NCBI GenBank assembly: GCA_041177485.1
Contig: JBEDBC010000006.1
Coordinates: 1 to 39,127, forward strand
Direction: 5' to 3'
Source of the DNA: Candidatus Parcubacteria bacterium
GTDB lineage: Bacteria > Patescibacteriota > Minisyncoccia > SW-4-49-11
Length of the DNA: 39,127 nucleotides
Shown here: piece after piece, positions 25,531 to 36,198 of the stretch
Layout of the letters: each line of letters opens with the position of its first letter
Position numbering within the stretch: position 1 is the stretch's first letter
The notes under the pieces: model-generated
Told to the model about the DNA's origin: nothing
Database searches by the model: none
What the model saw: the letters and a program-made list of their open reading frames with translations, nothing else
Position numbers and translations under genes: made by a program

Positions 25531-26434
25531 TTAATTGACGGACAGCTATATTGATATTGTCATTATTAGGATTAAACCATATTACATTATTCATTTTACG
25601 AAACCAGGTTAATTGTCTTCGAGCATATTGGTACTCTGCTTGTATATATTTTTCCCTCATAGTATCATAGTCTATTTTATTATCAATATAATCATTGATT
25701 ATTATTGAACCTAAACCTAATTGTTTCAAATTCTTATTTACTTCTATAGGTGATAGCTTTGTAGATAAAATATCTCGTATTTTTTGAATCTCAATTACTG
25801 CTCCATGATCTAGCCTATAATCTACTCTATTTGTTATTTTATTTTTTATATCTTGAAGTGAAGATTTTAATCCAATTACTAAACTATCATATTGTGCTTG
25901 ATTCAGAGATGGGCTAGTTGGTGTTTTATTTGCCGATATTGCTATCTCAATTGCTCTAATTAGTCTAACTGGATTGTTCCAGTCTGATTTATTTAGTGCA
26001 TGATCTTGGTTGAGTTTAAGAAGTTTTTGTTGTAATTCATCCCGGCTTAGTAGAGCTAAATTTGCTCTTAAGTTATAATCAGGATTGATAGATATAAAAT
26101 TATAGTTATATAAAATGGATTCTATGTACAAACCAGTTCCACCCACCAAAAATGGTAAAACTCTCTCTACCTCCAGCTCCTCCAAAATTTTTTTTGTATC
26201 TTTTTGGAACTCGGCAACGCTATAGTTTTCCCAGATTTCTTTCGTATCTAGCATATAATGCTTGACCCCATTGCGTTCACTGTGTGATACCTTACCACTA
26301 CCAATATCAAAATCTTTATAGACTTGTCTTGAATCCGTTGATATTATAGCCCCATTAAATTCTTGCGCAAGTTCGATGGCAAGCTTTGACTTGCCAATTG
26401 CGGTAGGACCAAGTATTGTTATAATTTTTTGCAT
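25511..26434 (-). CDS. miaA: tRNA dimethylallyltransferase
   Basis: P-loop ILGPTAIGKSKLAIELA, IISTDSRQVYKDFDIGSGK, VGGTGLY, YARRQLTWFR. Confidence 0.92.
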   Translation of the reverse strand: MQKIITILGPTAIGKSKLAIELAQEFNGAIISTDSRQVYKDFDIGSGKVSHSERNGVKHYMLDTKEIWENYSVAEFQKDTKKILEELEVERVLPFLVGGTGLYIESILYNYNFISINPDYNLRANLALLSRDELQQKLLKLNQDHALNKSDWNNPVRLIRAIEIAISANKTPTSPSLNQAQYDSLVIGLKSSLQDIKNKITNRVDYRLDHGAVIEIQKIRDILSTKLSPIEVNKNLKQLGLGSIIINDYIDNKIDYDTMREKYIQAEYQYARRQLTWFRKMNNVIWFNPNNDNINIAVRQLITDFLK

Positions 26435-26438
26435 ATAG

Positions 26439-28436
<1,998 letters not shown>

Positions 28437-28460
28437 TTTTCTATTCTAAATATAGTCTTA

Positions 28461-28489
28461 TATACAAAAATTAATTTTTTCAGTATAAT
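28461..28489 (+). promoter_or_regulatory. Candidate promoter for tRNA-Arg
   Basis: TATACA at 28461-28466 (a 4/6 match to the -35 consensus), a 17-nt spacer, then TATAAT at 28484-28489. The tRNA starts at 28499. Confidence 0.4.
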
Positions 28490-28498
28490 AAGACCATT

Positions 28499-28571
28499 GC
28501 TCTCATAGTTCAACGGGATAGAACAGGGGACTCCTAAGCCTCTAATCCAAGTTCGAGTCTTGGTGAGAGCA
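28499..28571 (+). tRNA. tRNA-Arg (anticodon CCU); CCA not encoded
   Basis: Hand-folded. Acceptor gctctca/tgagagc; D arm gttc-aacgggata-gaac; anticodon loop ctCCTaa; T arm ccaag-ttcgagt-cttgg; discriminator A. Total 73 nt. There is one A-G mismatch at the base of the anticodon stem. Confidence 0.85.
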
Positions 28572-28594
28572 CAATCTAAATATAAATTGTTTGC

Positions 28595-29581
28595 ATGAAA
28601 TCAAAACATTTTTATTGGTGGGGTGGGGCATTCATTGTAGTAGTCTTTGGTATATTCTTGTCTGCATATAATCAAGCTTATTCAGATAATAATATTAACT
28701 CTGACAATTTAGGTATTTTGCATCATATTCCAATTTTAGATATGCCTAGTAGGAATATTGAGTTTTCATCAGCACAAACTTTGGTACCAGCGCCTATCGC
28801 TAGATTTCAAAAAAAATCAGAAAATTTATCAGAGCCTAGTATTACCGCTGAGTCAGCTCTTGTGGTTGATTTTGCTACAGGAGATATTTTATTTAGTAAA
28901 AATGCACTAGATAAACATGAGTTAGCCAGTATAACTAAAATTTTAAGTGCAATGGTAGTTATGGATGAATATAAGTGGGATACTAATAGATATCTTACCA
29001 TGACTCAAACAGCTTTTGATACTTATGGTGGGAATTCATTACAAGTTGATGACAAGTTTCTAACTGAAGATATTCTAAGAGCTTCACTTATGGTCTCTAG
29101 TAATGACGCAGCACAACTACTAGCAGAAAATTTTGGAGGAGTAGATAAATTTGTGTTAAAGATGAACCAAAAAGCCAAAAGTATACAAATGCAGTCTAGT
29201 CAATTTTTTAATTCTCATGGGCTGGATCAAGAACCTACTAGTAATTATAGTACTGCTAGTGATGTTATGAAATTAACTCAAGACTTATATGACAACTACC
29301 CAGATTTGATGGCTGTTTTACGACAAAAGGAAGTTTTTATTAAATCACAGTCTGGTAAAAATATTAGATTAGGAAATACAAATGAAATGTTAGGAGTAGA
29401 TCCACAAATGCTAGTGGGTAAAACTGGGTTGACAGACCAAGCAGGAGAAACCTTTTCTTCAGTAGTATCAATTCAAAATAGAGTTGTTGGGATTGTGGTT
29501 TTGAACTCGTCTATTGGAGGGTATCGTTTTCAAGATACTAGAAATCTGATAAAATGGATAGAAGATAACTATTCAATATGA
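28595..29581 (+). CDS. D-alanyl-D-alanine carboxypeptidase (peptidase S11, low-molecular-weight PBP)
   Basis: N-terminal TM anchor, SxxK (LASITK), SxN (SSND) and KTG (GKTGLT). The stop overlaps the parA ATG (ATGA at 29578-29581). Confidence 0.85.
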   Translation: MKSKHFYWWGGAFIVVVFGIFLSAYNQAYSDNNINSDNLGILHHIPILDMPSRNIEFSSAQTLVPAPIARFQKKSENLSEPSITAESALVVDFATGDILFSKNALDKHELASITKILSAMVVMDEYKWDTNRYLTMTQTAFDTYGGNSLQVDDKFLTEDILRASLMVSSNDAAQLLAENFGGVDKFVLKMNQKAKSIQMQSSQFFNSHGLDQEPTSNYSTASDVMKLTQDLYDNYPDLMAVLRQKEVFIKSQSGKNIRLGNTNEMLGVDPQMLVGKTGLTDQAGETFSSVVSIQNRVVGIVVLNSSIGGYRFQDTRNLIKWIEDNYSI

Positions 29582-30342
29582 TTATAACTGTAACGAATCA
29601 AAAAGGGGGAACAGGTAAGACAACTACTAGCATTAATCTAGCATCTTATTTATCTAAGTTTGGTAAAAAGGTATTGTTAGTTGATCTTGACCCACAAAGT
29701 AATGCTACTAGTGGTTTAGGATTTGAACTTGGAAACCGAGCTGGCCTATATGAATTGATGATGGATAATAGTATTCCATTTAACCAGAGTATTCACGGTA
29801 CTAGGTATGGAAAATTAGATGTAATAGCTGGGAGTCAAGATGTAGCTGGAATAGGTGTAGAGCTAGTTAGTATGGAGCGACGAGAATTTGTGTTGATGGA
29901 TCAATTACAAAGTTTATCTCACCTATATGATTATATTATTATTGACTCCCCACCTAGTTTAGGATTATTGACTATAAATGGCTTGGTAGCTGCTGATAAA
30001 ATTATAATTCCAGTGCAATGTGAGTATTATGCCTTGGAGGGACTGGGTCAATTATTGGAGACAATTCAGTTAATTGCTGACAATCTAAAACCTAGTTTGT
30101 CAGTCTTAGGAGCTTTATTGACTATGTATGACAGGCGCAATAGGCTCTCAGCTATGGTTGCAAAAGAGGTTAATAAATTTTTTCCAGGATATGTATTTGA
30201 TACTGTAATTCCTAGAAATGTTAGTCTGTCAGAAGCTCCTAGCTTTGGTAAGGCTATCCATGAATACGCCCCATTATCCAAGGGGTCTTTTGCTTATCGT
30301 CAATTAGCTCAGGAGTTAATAAAATTAACCTCCCAAAGCTAA
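29578..30342 (+). CDS. parA: ParA/Soj chromosome partitioning ATPase
   Basis: Deviant Walker A VTNQKGGTGKTTT, DLDPQSNAT, IIIDSPPSLG, and IPRNVSLSEAPSFG. Confidence 0.93.
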   Translation: MIITVTNQKGGTGKTTTSINLASYLSKFGKKVLLVDLDPQSNATSGLGFELGNRAGLYELMMDNSIPFNQSIHGTRYGKLDVIAGSQDVAGIGVELVSMERREFVLMDQLQSLSHLYDYIIIDSPPSLGLLTINGLVAADKIIIPVQCEYYALEGLGQLLETIQLIADNLKPSLSVLGALLTMYDRRNRLSAMVAKEVNKFFPGYVFDTVIPRNVSLSEAPSFGKAIHEYAPLSKGSFAYRQLAQELIKLTSQS

Positions 30343-30357
30343 TCACGTTTGATTAGC
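30338..30357. repeat. Perfect 8-bp inverted repeat with 4-nt spacer spanning the parA stop codon
   Basis: GCTAATCA-cgtt-TGATTAGC. No T-run follows it. It lies 47 nt upstream of the parB ATG. Confidence 0.6.
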
Positions 30358-30372
30358 AAATTTCACCAAATA

Positions 30373-30381
30373 TGGTATACT
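30373..30381 (+). promoter_or_regulatory. Extended -10 promoter element (TGgTATACT) for parB
   Basis: aTGgTATACT ends 22 nt before the ATG at 30404. Confidence 0.4.
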
Positions 30382-30403
30382 AAATTTAGTATAAATTATA
30401 AAT

Positions 30404-31288
30404 ATGAGTAAAAGTCCACTTGGTAGAGGTTTGTCATCTTTAATCCCTAATAAAGCATCTGAAATAGTTAATAAACAGTCAGAGGTTAAATTTATCAATG
30501 ATGCTGATAATGTTGACATAAAGGATACCCTTTTAGAGGTTAATATTGATTTGATAGCCCCAAATCCTTATCAGCCCCGCACCGAATTTCTACAAGAGGA
30601 AATTGATAACCTAGCTCAATCGATAAAAGATAAGGGAATTTTACAGCCTTTAGTTGTAACTTCTTTATCCGATGGTAAATATGAGCTGATTGCTGGGGAG
30701 CGTAGATTGAGAGCCGCTAAGTTAGCTGGAATTAAGAAAGTAGCCGTAGTTATAAAAAATGGAGTGAGTGACCAAGATAAAGCTGAGTTGGCTTTAATTG
30801 AAAATATTCAGCGCCAGAATCTCAACCCAATTGAACGAGCTAGGGGATTTTTTGAATTGCAGAATAAATTCAATATGACTCAAGATGCAATAGCAAAACA
30901 ACTGGATATTAGTCGCTCAGCTGTAGCCAATACCTTACGTTATTTACAGCTACCACAAAATGTACAAAAAGCTTTGTCAGAGGGTCTAATTACAGAAGGC
31001 CATGCTAAGATTATTGCTGGAATAAATGACCCAGAAAGACAAGAGCATATTTTATCTAATATTATTAATAATGCACTGAATGTGCGGCAGACAGAAAAAG
31101 TACTAAAAAAATCTCCATCAAATGAGCAAAATCAAGTTAGTCCTCACGTAAAAGAGTGGATATCTCAGTTGTCAGAGACTATACACAATAAAGTTGAAGT
31201 TAGAAAAAAGGGTAAAAGATATATAGTAACTCTTAACTTTTTTGAGGAAACTGATATAGAAAACTTGTATAAAAAGTTATCCAATTAA
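30404..31288 (+). CDS. parB: ParB/Spo0J chromosome partitioning protein
   Basis: GRGLSSLI, PNPYQPRTEF, ELIAGERRLRAAKLAG, ENIQRQNLNPIE, and HTH TQDAIAKQLDISRSAVANTLR. Confidence 0.93.
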   Translation: MSKSPLGRGLSSLIPNKASEIVNKQSEVKFINDADNVDIKDTLLEVNIDLIAPNPYQPRTEFLQEEIDNLAQSIKDKGILQPLVVTSLSDGKYELIAGERRLRAAKLAGIKKVAVVIKNGVSDQDKAELALIENIQRQNLNPIERARGFFELQNKFNMTQDAIAKQLDISRSAVANTLRYLQLPQNVQKALSEGLITEGHAKIIAGINDPERQEHILSNIINNALNVRQTEKVLKKSPSNEQNQVSPHVKEWISQLSETIHNKVEVRKKGKRYIVTLNFFEETDIENLYKKLSN

Positions 31289-31294
31289 AACTAT

Positions 31295-31678
31295 ATGAAC
31301 GTTTTGAGTATAGATTATGGTGATGTAAGAATTGGTTTAGCTCATGGATCCACAGATCATAATATTGCTTTGCCACTGATAGTTCTTAAAAACAACGATG
31401 CTCTCTGGGAAAATTTAGGACATTTAATAGAGGAATATGATATAGATTTAATTCTAGTTGGATTACCTTTAAATTTTCAATCACAAGACACTCAACAAAC
31501 TGGCAAAGTCAGACAGTTTATTAAAGATTTAAAATTAAAATTTGAGATTAAGGTAGAGGAATATGATGAGCGTTTAACTAGCTCTTTAGCTAAACGATAT
31601 ATCCCTAAAGGCCAAAGTATTGATATAGAGTCAGCTAGAATTTTGTTAGAAGAGTGGTTTGATAAAAAAACTATATGA
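31295..31678 (+). CDS. ruvX: Holliday junction resolvase-like / pre-16S rRNA nuclease RuvX (YqgF)
   Basis: LSIDYGDVRIGLA, VGLPLN, DERLTS. Confidence 0.85.
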   Translation: MNVLSIDYGDVRIGLAHGSTDHNIALPLIVLKNNDALWENLGHLIEEYDIDLILVGLPLNFQSQDTQQTGKVRQFIKDLKLKFEIKVEEYDERLTSSLAKRYIPKGQSIDIESARILLEEWFDKKTI

Positions 31679-32400
31679 AGATCAGTGTAGTAATACCAGC
31701 TTATAATGAAGAAAAGAGGATATCGCCTACAATACACAGTGTAATTAGATATCTAGATCAATTCTCAAAAGATGATTATGAGGTTCTAGTGGTTTTAGAT
31801 GGTTCACAAGATAATACTTTTTCAGTTGTAGCTAATCTAGCTGATGAATATAAGTACATTAGAATTATCAATAATAAAATTAATCGTGGCAAAGGGGCCG
31901 TGGTAAAACAAGGAATTCTGGAATCAAAAGGTGAGTATGTATTGTTTATGGATGCAGACAACTCTACGCATATTGATGAGTTAGACAATATTATGCCTCA
32001 TTTATTAGACGGAATTCAAGTTGTGGTTGGTTCTAGAGATTTGGCTGATAGTCAGGTAAAAGTTCGACAGGCAAGATATAAAGAATTGTTAGGAGACTTA
32101 GGTAATTGGTGGATACAATTTTTATTAGTTGGAGGAATCAAAGATACGCAGTGTGGTTTTAAAGTATTCCATGGTAATACTGCACGTCAAATATTTGATA
32201 AAGTCACAATGCAAGGCTGGTCATTTGACATAGAGGTATTAGCCATAGCTCGTTATTTTGGTTTTAAAATAAAAGAAATGCCAGTTGTGTGGTATAATGA
32301 TACTGACTCACATGTAACTTTAAAAGACTATCTAATTGTCTTGAGGGACACTATTATAATTAGGTATAGACTATGGAAAGGATATTATAAAATAAATTAA
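31675..32400 (+). CDS. Glycosyltransferase family 2 (polyprenyl/dolichyl-phosphate hexosyltransferase-like)
   Basis: ISVVIPAYNEE, VVLDGSQD, DxD motif FMDADNS, TQCGFKVF. The ATG overlaps the ruvX stop (ATGA at 31675-31678). Confidence 0.85.
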   Translation: MKISVVIPAYNEEKRISPTIHSVIRYLDQFSKDDYEVLVVLDGSQDNTFSVVANLADEYKYIRIINNKINRGKGAVVKQGILESKGEYVLFMDADNSTHIDELDNIMPHLLDGIQVVVGSRDLADSQVKVRQARYKELLGDLGNWWIQFLLVGGIKDTQCGFKVFHGNTARQIFDKVTMQGWSFDIEVLAIARYFGFKIKEMPVVWYNDTDSHVTLKDYLIVLRDTIIIRYRLWKGYYKIN

Positions 32401-32403
32401 AAT

Positions 32404-33405
32404 ATGACTAAAAAAATCAAAACTACACAAGAGTTTCGCCAAGATCCATTTACTGGGGAATGGGTTCTGGTTTCAACAAATAGAAATCATAGGCCACATA
32501 CATTAGTATCAGCTAACTTTAATTTTAGTGATGTCTCTAAATTAATTAACCCTTTTCAAAACATAGTCAATGGTTCGTCTAAGGAAAAAGTATTATTAGA
32601 ATTAAAAGACATAGATAATAATCCTCAGATATTTGTAGTCAATAATAAATATCCACTACTACGTGAAATAGACTTACCATTATACCAAACTTATGGTCCT
32701 TATTATTTTGTAGAAGGAGAAGGTCATCATGAATTGGTAATTTATAAAGATCCGGAGACTCCTATTCGTAACTTTTCTATCAAAAATTTAGCATTAATGT
32801 TTCAAGCCTTTAGAGATAGGACTTTAGTGCTAATGAAGCAAAAACATATTAGATATATATCTATTATACATAATAATGGTTATAAGGCAGGTGCATCCGT
32901 CGCTCACCCACATTCTCAAATTATAGCTACCCCCATTGTGCCGGATGGGATTGAGCGTATTATCGAAGGTGCTCGTCTTTATTATCGCTCTAATAACAGA
33001 GATTTAGCTCAAGTAATTATTGATTTTGAGCAAGAAGATAATCGAAGGCTAATAGCGGAGAATAATGAATTTATAGCCTTAGCTCCCTATGCCTCTAGAA
33101 TGGCATATGAGGTAGAGATTTATCCCAAATTCCCTCAAGCCCATTTTGCTTATATTAATTTAACTGAATTAAACAGTTTAGCAAGAATATATAAAAAAAT
33201 ATTGCAATCTTATTATAGTAATTTAGGAGATATTGACTATAATATGGCAATTATTACCGCTCCAGTTGATGGTAATTTGTACAAAGGTTTTAGGTGGTTT
33301 GTTCGTTTAACTCCTAGGGTTAGTTTTGCCGGTGGTTATGAAGTTGGGACGGATACAGATGTTTGTATAGTATCACCAGAGTTGGCTGCAGAGATATTAA
33401 GCTAA
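32404..33405 (+). CDS. galT: Galactose-1-phosphate uridylyltransferase family (HIT-superfamily nucleotidyltransferase)
   Basis: N-terminal FRQDPFTGEWVLVSTNRNHRP and the catalytic HxHxQ motif (AHPHSQI). I could not find the Cys-containing zinc motif of the E. coli enzyme. Confidence 0.75.
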   Translation: MTKKIKTTQEFRQDPFTGEWVLVSTNRNHRPHTLVSANFNFSDVSKLINPFQNIVNGSSKEKVLLELKDIDNNPQIFVVNNKYPLLREIDLPLYQTYGPYYFVEGEGHHELVIYKDPETPIRNFSIKNLALMFQAFRDRTLVLMKQKHIRYISIIHNNGYKAGASVAHPHSQIIATPIVPDGIERIIEGARLYYRSNNRDLAQVIIDFEQEDNRRLIAENNEFIALAPYASRMAYEVEIYPKFPQAHFAYINLTELNSLARIYKKILQSYYSNLGDIDYNMAIITAPVDGNLYKGFRWFVRLTPRVSFAGGYEVGTDTDVCIVSPELAAEILS

Positions 33406-33408
33406 AGT

Positions 33409-34065
33409 ATGTATAAAATAAAAGAGCTTCCATTAGATCAGCAGCCCAGAGAAAAGTTGATTGATTTGGGGTCTCAAAATTTGAGCTTAGAAGAATTACT
33501 ATCAATTATTTTAGTTACTGGCTATAAGGGCGAAAATGTAATAGAGCTATCAAGTAGAATACTAAAAGACTACGGTCCCAAAGCGATTACTTGTTACACT
33601 AAAGTCGCTGATATTATGGAGGATTTCAAATTACCTAAAGTGAAAGCATGTCAGGTTTTAGCCTGCTTTGAAATAGGGAGGCGTATTTTTGCTGATAACA
33701 CGGTGGGACTAACTACTATAAGATCCCCAGAAGATGTTTGGAATTTTGTTAGTGATATGTATACTTTGAAAAAAGAATATTTGAGAGGATTGTACCTCAA
33801 TGTAAAAAATCAAGTCATACATGACGAAGTGATCTCCATAGGCACGCTTGATCAAAGTATTGCTCATCCCAGAGACATATTTTCTCCGGCTTTAAAATAT
33901 AACGCAGCTGCTATAATTCTAGTACATAATCACCCTTCAGGCGATACTACACCAAGTCAAGCCGATATCAGACTTACCGAAGTAGTCAAAAAAGTTGGGG
34001 ATATGATGTCCATAGCGGTTTTAGATCATATCGTAGTATCAAAGCTTGGCTATAAAAGTATTTAA
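33409..34065 (+). CDS. radC: RadC-family (JAB/MPN domain) protein
   Basis: N-terminal PREKL...LSLEELLSIIL (HhH-like) and the C-terminal JAMM-like motif LVHNHPSGDTTPSQADIRLT. Confidence 0.9.
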   Translation: MYKIKELPLDQQPREKLIDLGSQNLSLEELLSIILVTGYKGENVIELSSRILKDYGPKAITCYTKVADIMEDFKLPKVKACQVLACFEIGRRIFADNTVGLTTIRSPEDVWNFVSDMYTLKKEYLRGLYLNVKNQVIHDEVISIGTLDQSIAHPRDIFSPALKYNAAAIILVHNHPSGDTTPSQADIRLTEVVKKVGDMMSIAVLDHIVVSKLGYKSI

Positions 34066-34148
34066 TATGTGTTATATTTTGACATATATTAAAAAGAGCT
34101 TATATAAAGCTTGTTTAGGTCTTTACTAAAGTGTAAAAATAGTGTATA

Positions 34149-34799
34149 ATGGCTGTAAATAATGCAGATTATATGGTAGATATACGGGACGAGCAACAAA
34201 TACCAAATCAACAAAAAAAATCACATACTTGGCGTACTGAACTGTGGGATTTTATAAAAACACTATTAATATTTTACATCTTATATTTTTTTGTAAGAAC
34301 TTATATAGCACAACCGTTTTTAGTCAAGGGAAGGTCTATGGAGCAAACCTTCTCAGATGGAGACTATTTGATTGTTGATCAGTTATCTTATAGCTTTAGT
34401 GAGCCTAAAAGATTTGAGGTTGTGGTTTTTCATACAGAGTTTATCCCTGGTGGTAGTGTAAACGAATATTATATAAAAAGAGTTATTGGGTTGCCTGGAG
34501 ATAGAATTGTGGTTAAAGAAGGCAGTGTATTCTTATATGAGCAGAACGACTCAACAGCTGTCAAGTTAGATGAAAAGTATTTAATAGATGGTTTGAAAAC
34601 ACTGTCCAATGCCCCGGTAGATGTAGTATTGAAAGATAACGAATACTTTGTATTGGGAGATAATAGAGGGAATAGCTCAGACTCTAGATATTGGGGGCCA
34701 GTTAATAAAAAATATATTTTAGGTAAGCCTCTAATAAGGTTGTTTCCATTTAACGAAATGGCCATATTTACAAAAGAAGAGTTTATTGGGAATAAATAA
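34149..34799 (+). CDS. lepB: Signal peptidase I
   Basis: TM anchor, catalytic Ser box VKGRSMEQTF, Lys box YYIKRVIGLPGD, and GDNRGNSSDSRYWG. An alternative ATG at 34173 is possible. Confidence 0.9.
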   Translation: MAVNNADYMVDIRDEQQIPNQQKKSHTWRTELWDFIKTLLIFYILYFFVRTYIAQPFLVKGRSMEQTFSDGDYLIVDQLSYSFSEPKRFEVVVFHTEFIPGGSVNEYYIKRVIGLPGDRIVVKEGSVFLYEQNDSTAVKLDEKYLIDGLKTLSNAPVDVVLKDNEYFVLGDNRGNSSDSRYWGPVNKKYILGKPLIRLFPFNEMAIFTKEEFIGNK

Positions 34800-34807
34800 A
34801 ATGTTTT

Positions 34808-36088
34808 ATGAGTAAGAAGAATTTACAAAAAGTTTATTCGGTGCCACAACTAAACATTAATAAAGATAACTCATTAATCTGGGATAATGTTGTATCAGAT
34901 GTAAGAGAAACTTTGAGAAGTACAGGATACTCTCATAATGTTTTCTCATTTAGTGCAGAGCTTGCAGTTTTTAATACAAATGTATTATCTTTACTAAATA
35001 TTAAAGATAAAAAATCTTTGATAACTTTGAAGCGAGGCAAAAAACAATCCGTAGTTATAAGTGTTCCAGGTCCTATTAGTATATTCCAATCTATTATTGA
35101 TCATAATATAGACTATAAAGAAGAAACACTCAAATTATTTGACTATGGAATATCTTTAGTGGATGATGATGACGATGACTCAACTATCCCAAGGCAGTTT
35201 CATGTCTTTAAAGCTGAGTGTATTGGTGATAATAATTCAGTTAGAGATGCTGAGCTAATGTTGACTGCATATAGATTGTTGGAAGAGCAAGGAATTAAAA
35301 ATCTAATAATCACTATTAATGATCTTGGTGGTAGAGAATCCAGACAAAAATATTATCAGGAAATTGCATCTAAAGCACAAACTAGATATAAAGATTTAGT
35401 TCAAAAATTAGAATATAATCCAATTCGACTATATAATGAGTTGAATTCTACAGATTCTGATATAAATTTGCGTTTGCCGCAGATTGTAGACTATCTTAGT
35501 GAGTCTGAAACAAAATATCTACAGGAAGTGTTAGAGTTTTTAGAGACATTAGATATTTCGTACGAGTTAGATTCTGGACTCTCAGGATCACTTGGTTTCA
35601 ATGAGGGGGTATATTTTGAAATACGTAGTCAAGATTACCCAGAAACCGTACTAGTAAGAGGTGGAAGACATAATGAATTGTTTAATGAGTTGAGTGGAGA
35701 GAAAAAACTAGGTGCAGTTGGTATGGAGATATACATAGAGTCTCTAGTTTACGTTGCTCAAAAAATTCAATCAGAGAAGTTAGATAGAATTAATAAACCA
35801 GATATATTCGTGGCTTCAATTGGTCCAGAAGGTCAAAAAAGTGCACTTAAGATTCTTTCATTAATTCAAAAAAGCGGATTAGGGGTAAAGGAAAGTTTTG
35901 GAGTAAAAAGTCTGAGAGAGCAGCTGATGAAAGCTAAAAAGTCAGATGCAGAAATAACTTTAATTGTTGGTAGAAAGGAAGCAGTTGACGGTACAGTTAT
36001 TTTAAGAGATAAGGAAAGTGAAAATCAAGAGATTATTCCTATAGAAAAGTTATTATCTATCATTAGTCAGAAACTAGATAAGAGTTAG
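34808..36088 (+). CDS. Histidyl-tRNA synthetase-like protein with degenerate catalytic motifs and an intact anticodon-binding-type C-terminal domain
   Basis: Collinear by eye with E. coli HisRS (IWDNV..L.STGY; RQFHVFKAECIG; DAELMLTAYRLLEEQGI; NPIRL; GGRHNELF). The C-terminal domain is HGTP-anticodon-like (DIFVASIGPEGQKSALKILSLIQKSG...ITLIVGRKEAVDGTVILRD). Several catalytic motifs are replaced (see findings). Confidence 0.7.
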   Translation: MSKKNLQKVYSVPQLNINKDNSLIWDNVVSDVRETLRSTGYSHNVFSFSAELAVFNTNVLSLLNIKDKKSLITLKRGKKQSVVISVPGPISIFQSIIDHNIDYKEETLKLFDYGISLVDDDDDDSTIPRQFHVFKAECIGDNNSVRDAELMLTAYRLLEEQGIKNLIITINDLGGRESRQKYYQEIASKAQTRYKDLVQKLEYNPIRLYNELNSTDSDINLRLPQIVDYLSESETKYLQEVLEFLETLDISYELDSGLSGSLGFNEGVYFEIRSQDYPETVLVRGGRHNELFNELSGEKKLGAVGMEIYIESLVYVAQKIQSEKLDRINKPDIFVASIGPEGQKSALKILSLIQKSGLGVKESFGVKSLREQLMKAKKSDAEITLIVGRKEAVDGTVILRDKESENQEIIPIEKLLSIISQKLDKS

Positions 36089-36103
36089 ATTTGAGGTTAA
36101 ATC

Positions 36104-36132
36104 TTGCATAAGTTAATACTTTGTGGTATACT
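36104..36132 (+). promoter_or_regulatory. Promoter for rpsU (-35 TTGCAT, 17-nt spacer with TG, -10 TATACT)
   Basis: TTGCAT at 36104-36109 and tgTGgTATACT with the -10 hexamer at 36127-36132. The predicted leader of about 60 nt is the longest in the window. Confidence 0.55.
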
Positions 36133-36179
36133 TATTTAAAAGTCTTGCAAAAGATAGTTTTTTATTGATTTAAAATATT

Positions 36180-36189
36180 GAAAGGAGGT
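36180..36189 (+). promoter_or_regulatory. Strong Shine-Dalgarno sequence of rpsU (GAAAGGAGGT)
   Basis: A 10-nt complement of the canonical 16S 3' tail, with its 3' end 9 nt before the ATG at 36199. It is the only such element I found before any start codon in the window. Confidence 0.8.
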
Positions 36190-36198
36190 TGTTAATAC

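Noticed and set aside
34145-34150. A TGtTATAAT-like element immediately before lepB.
   Set aside because: The TATAAT hexamer overlaps the annotated ATG (34149-34151), so it cannot drive that start. It could only serve the alternative ATG at 34173, which I cannot distinguish from sequence alone.
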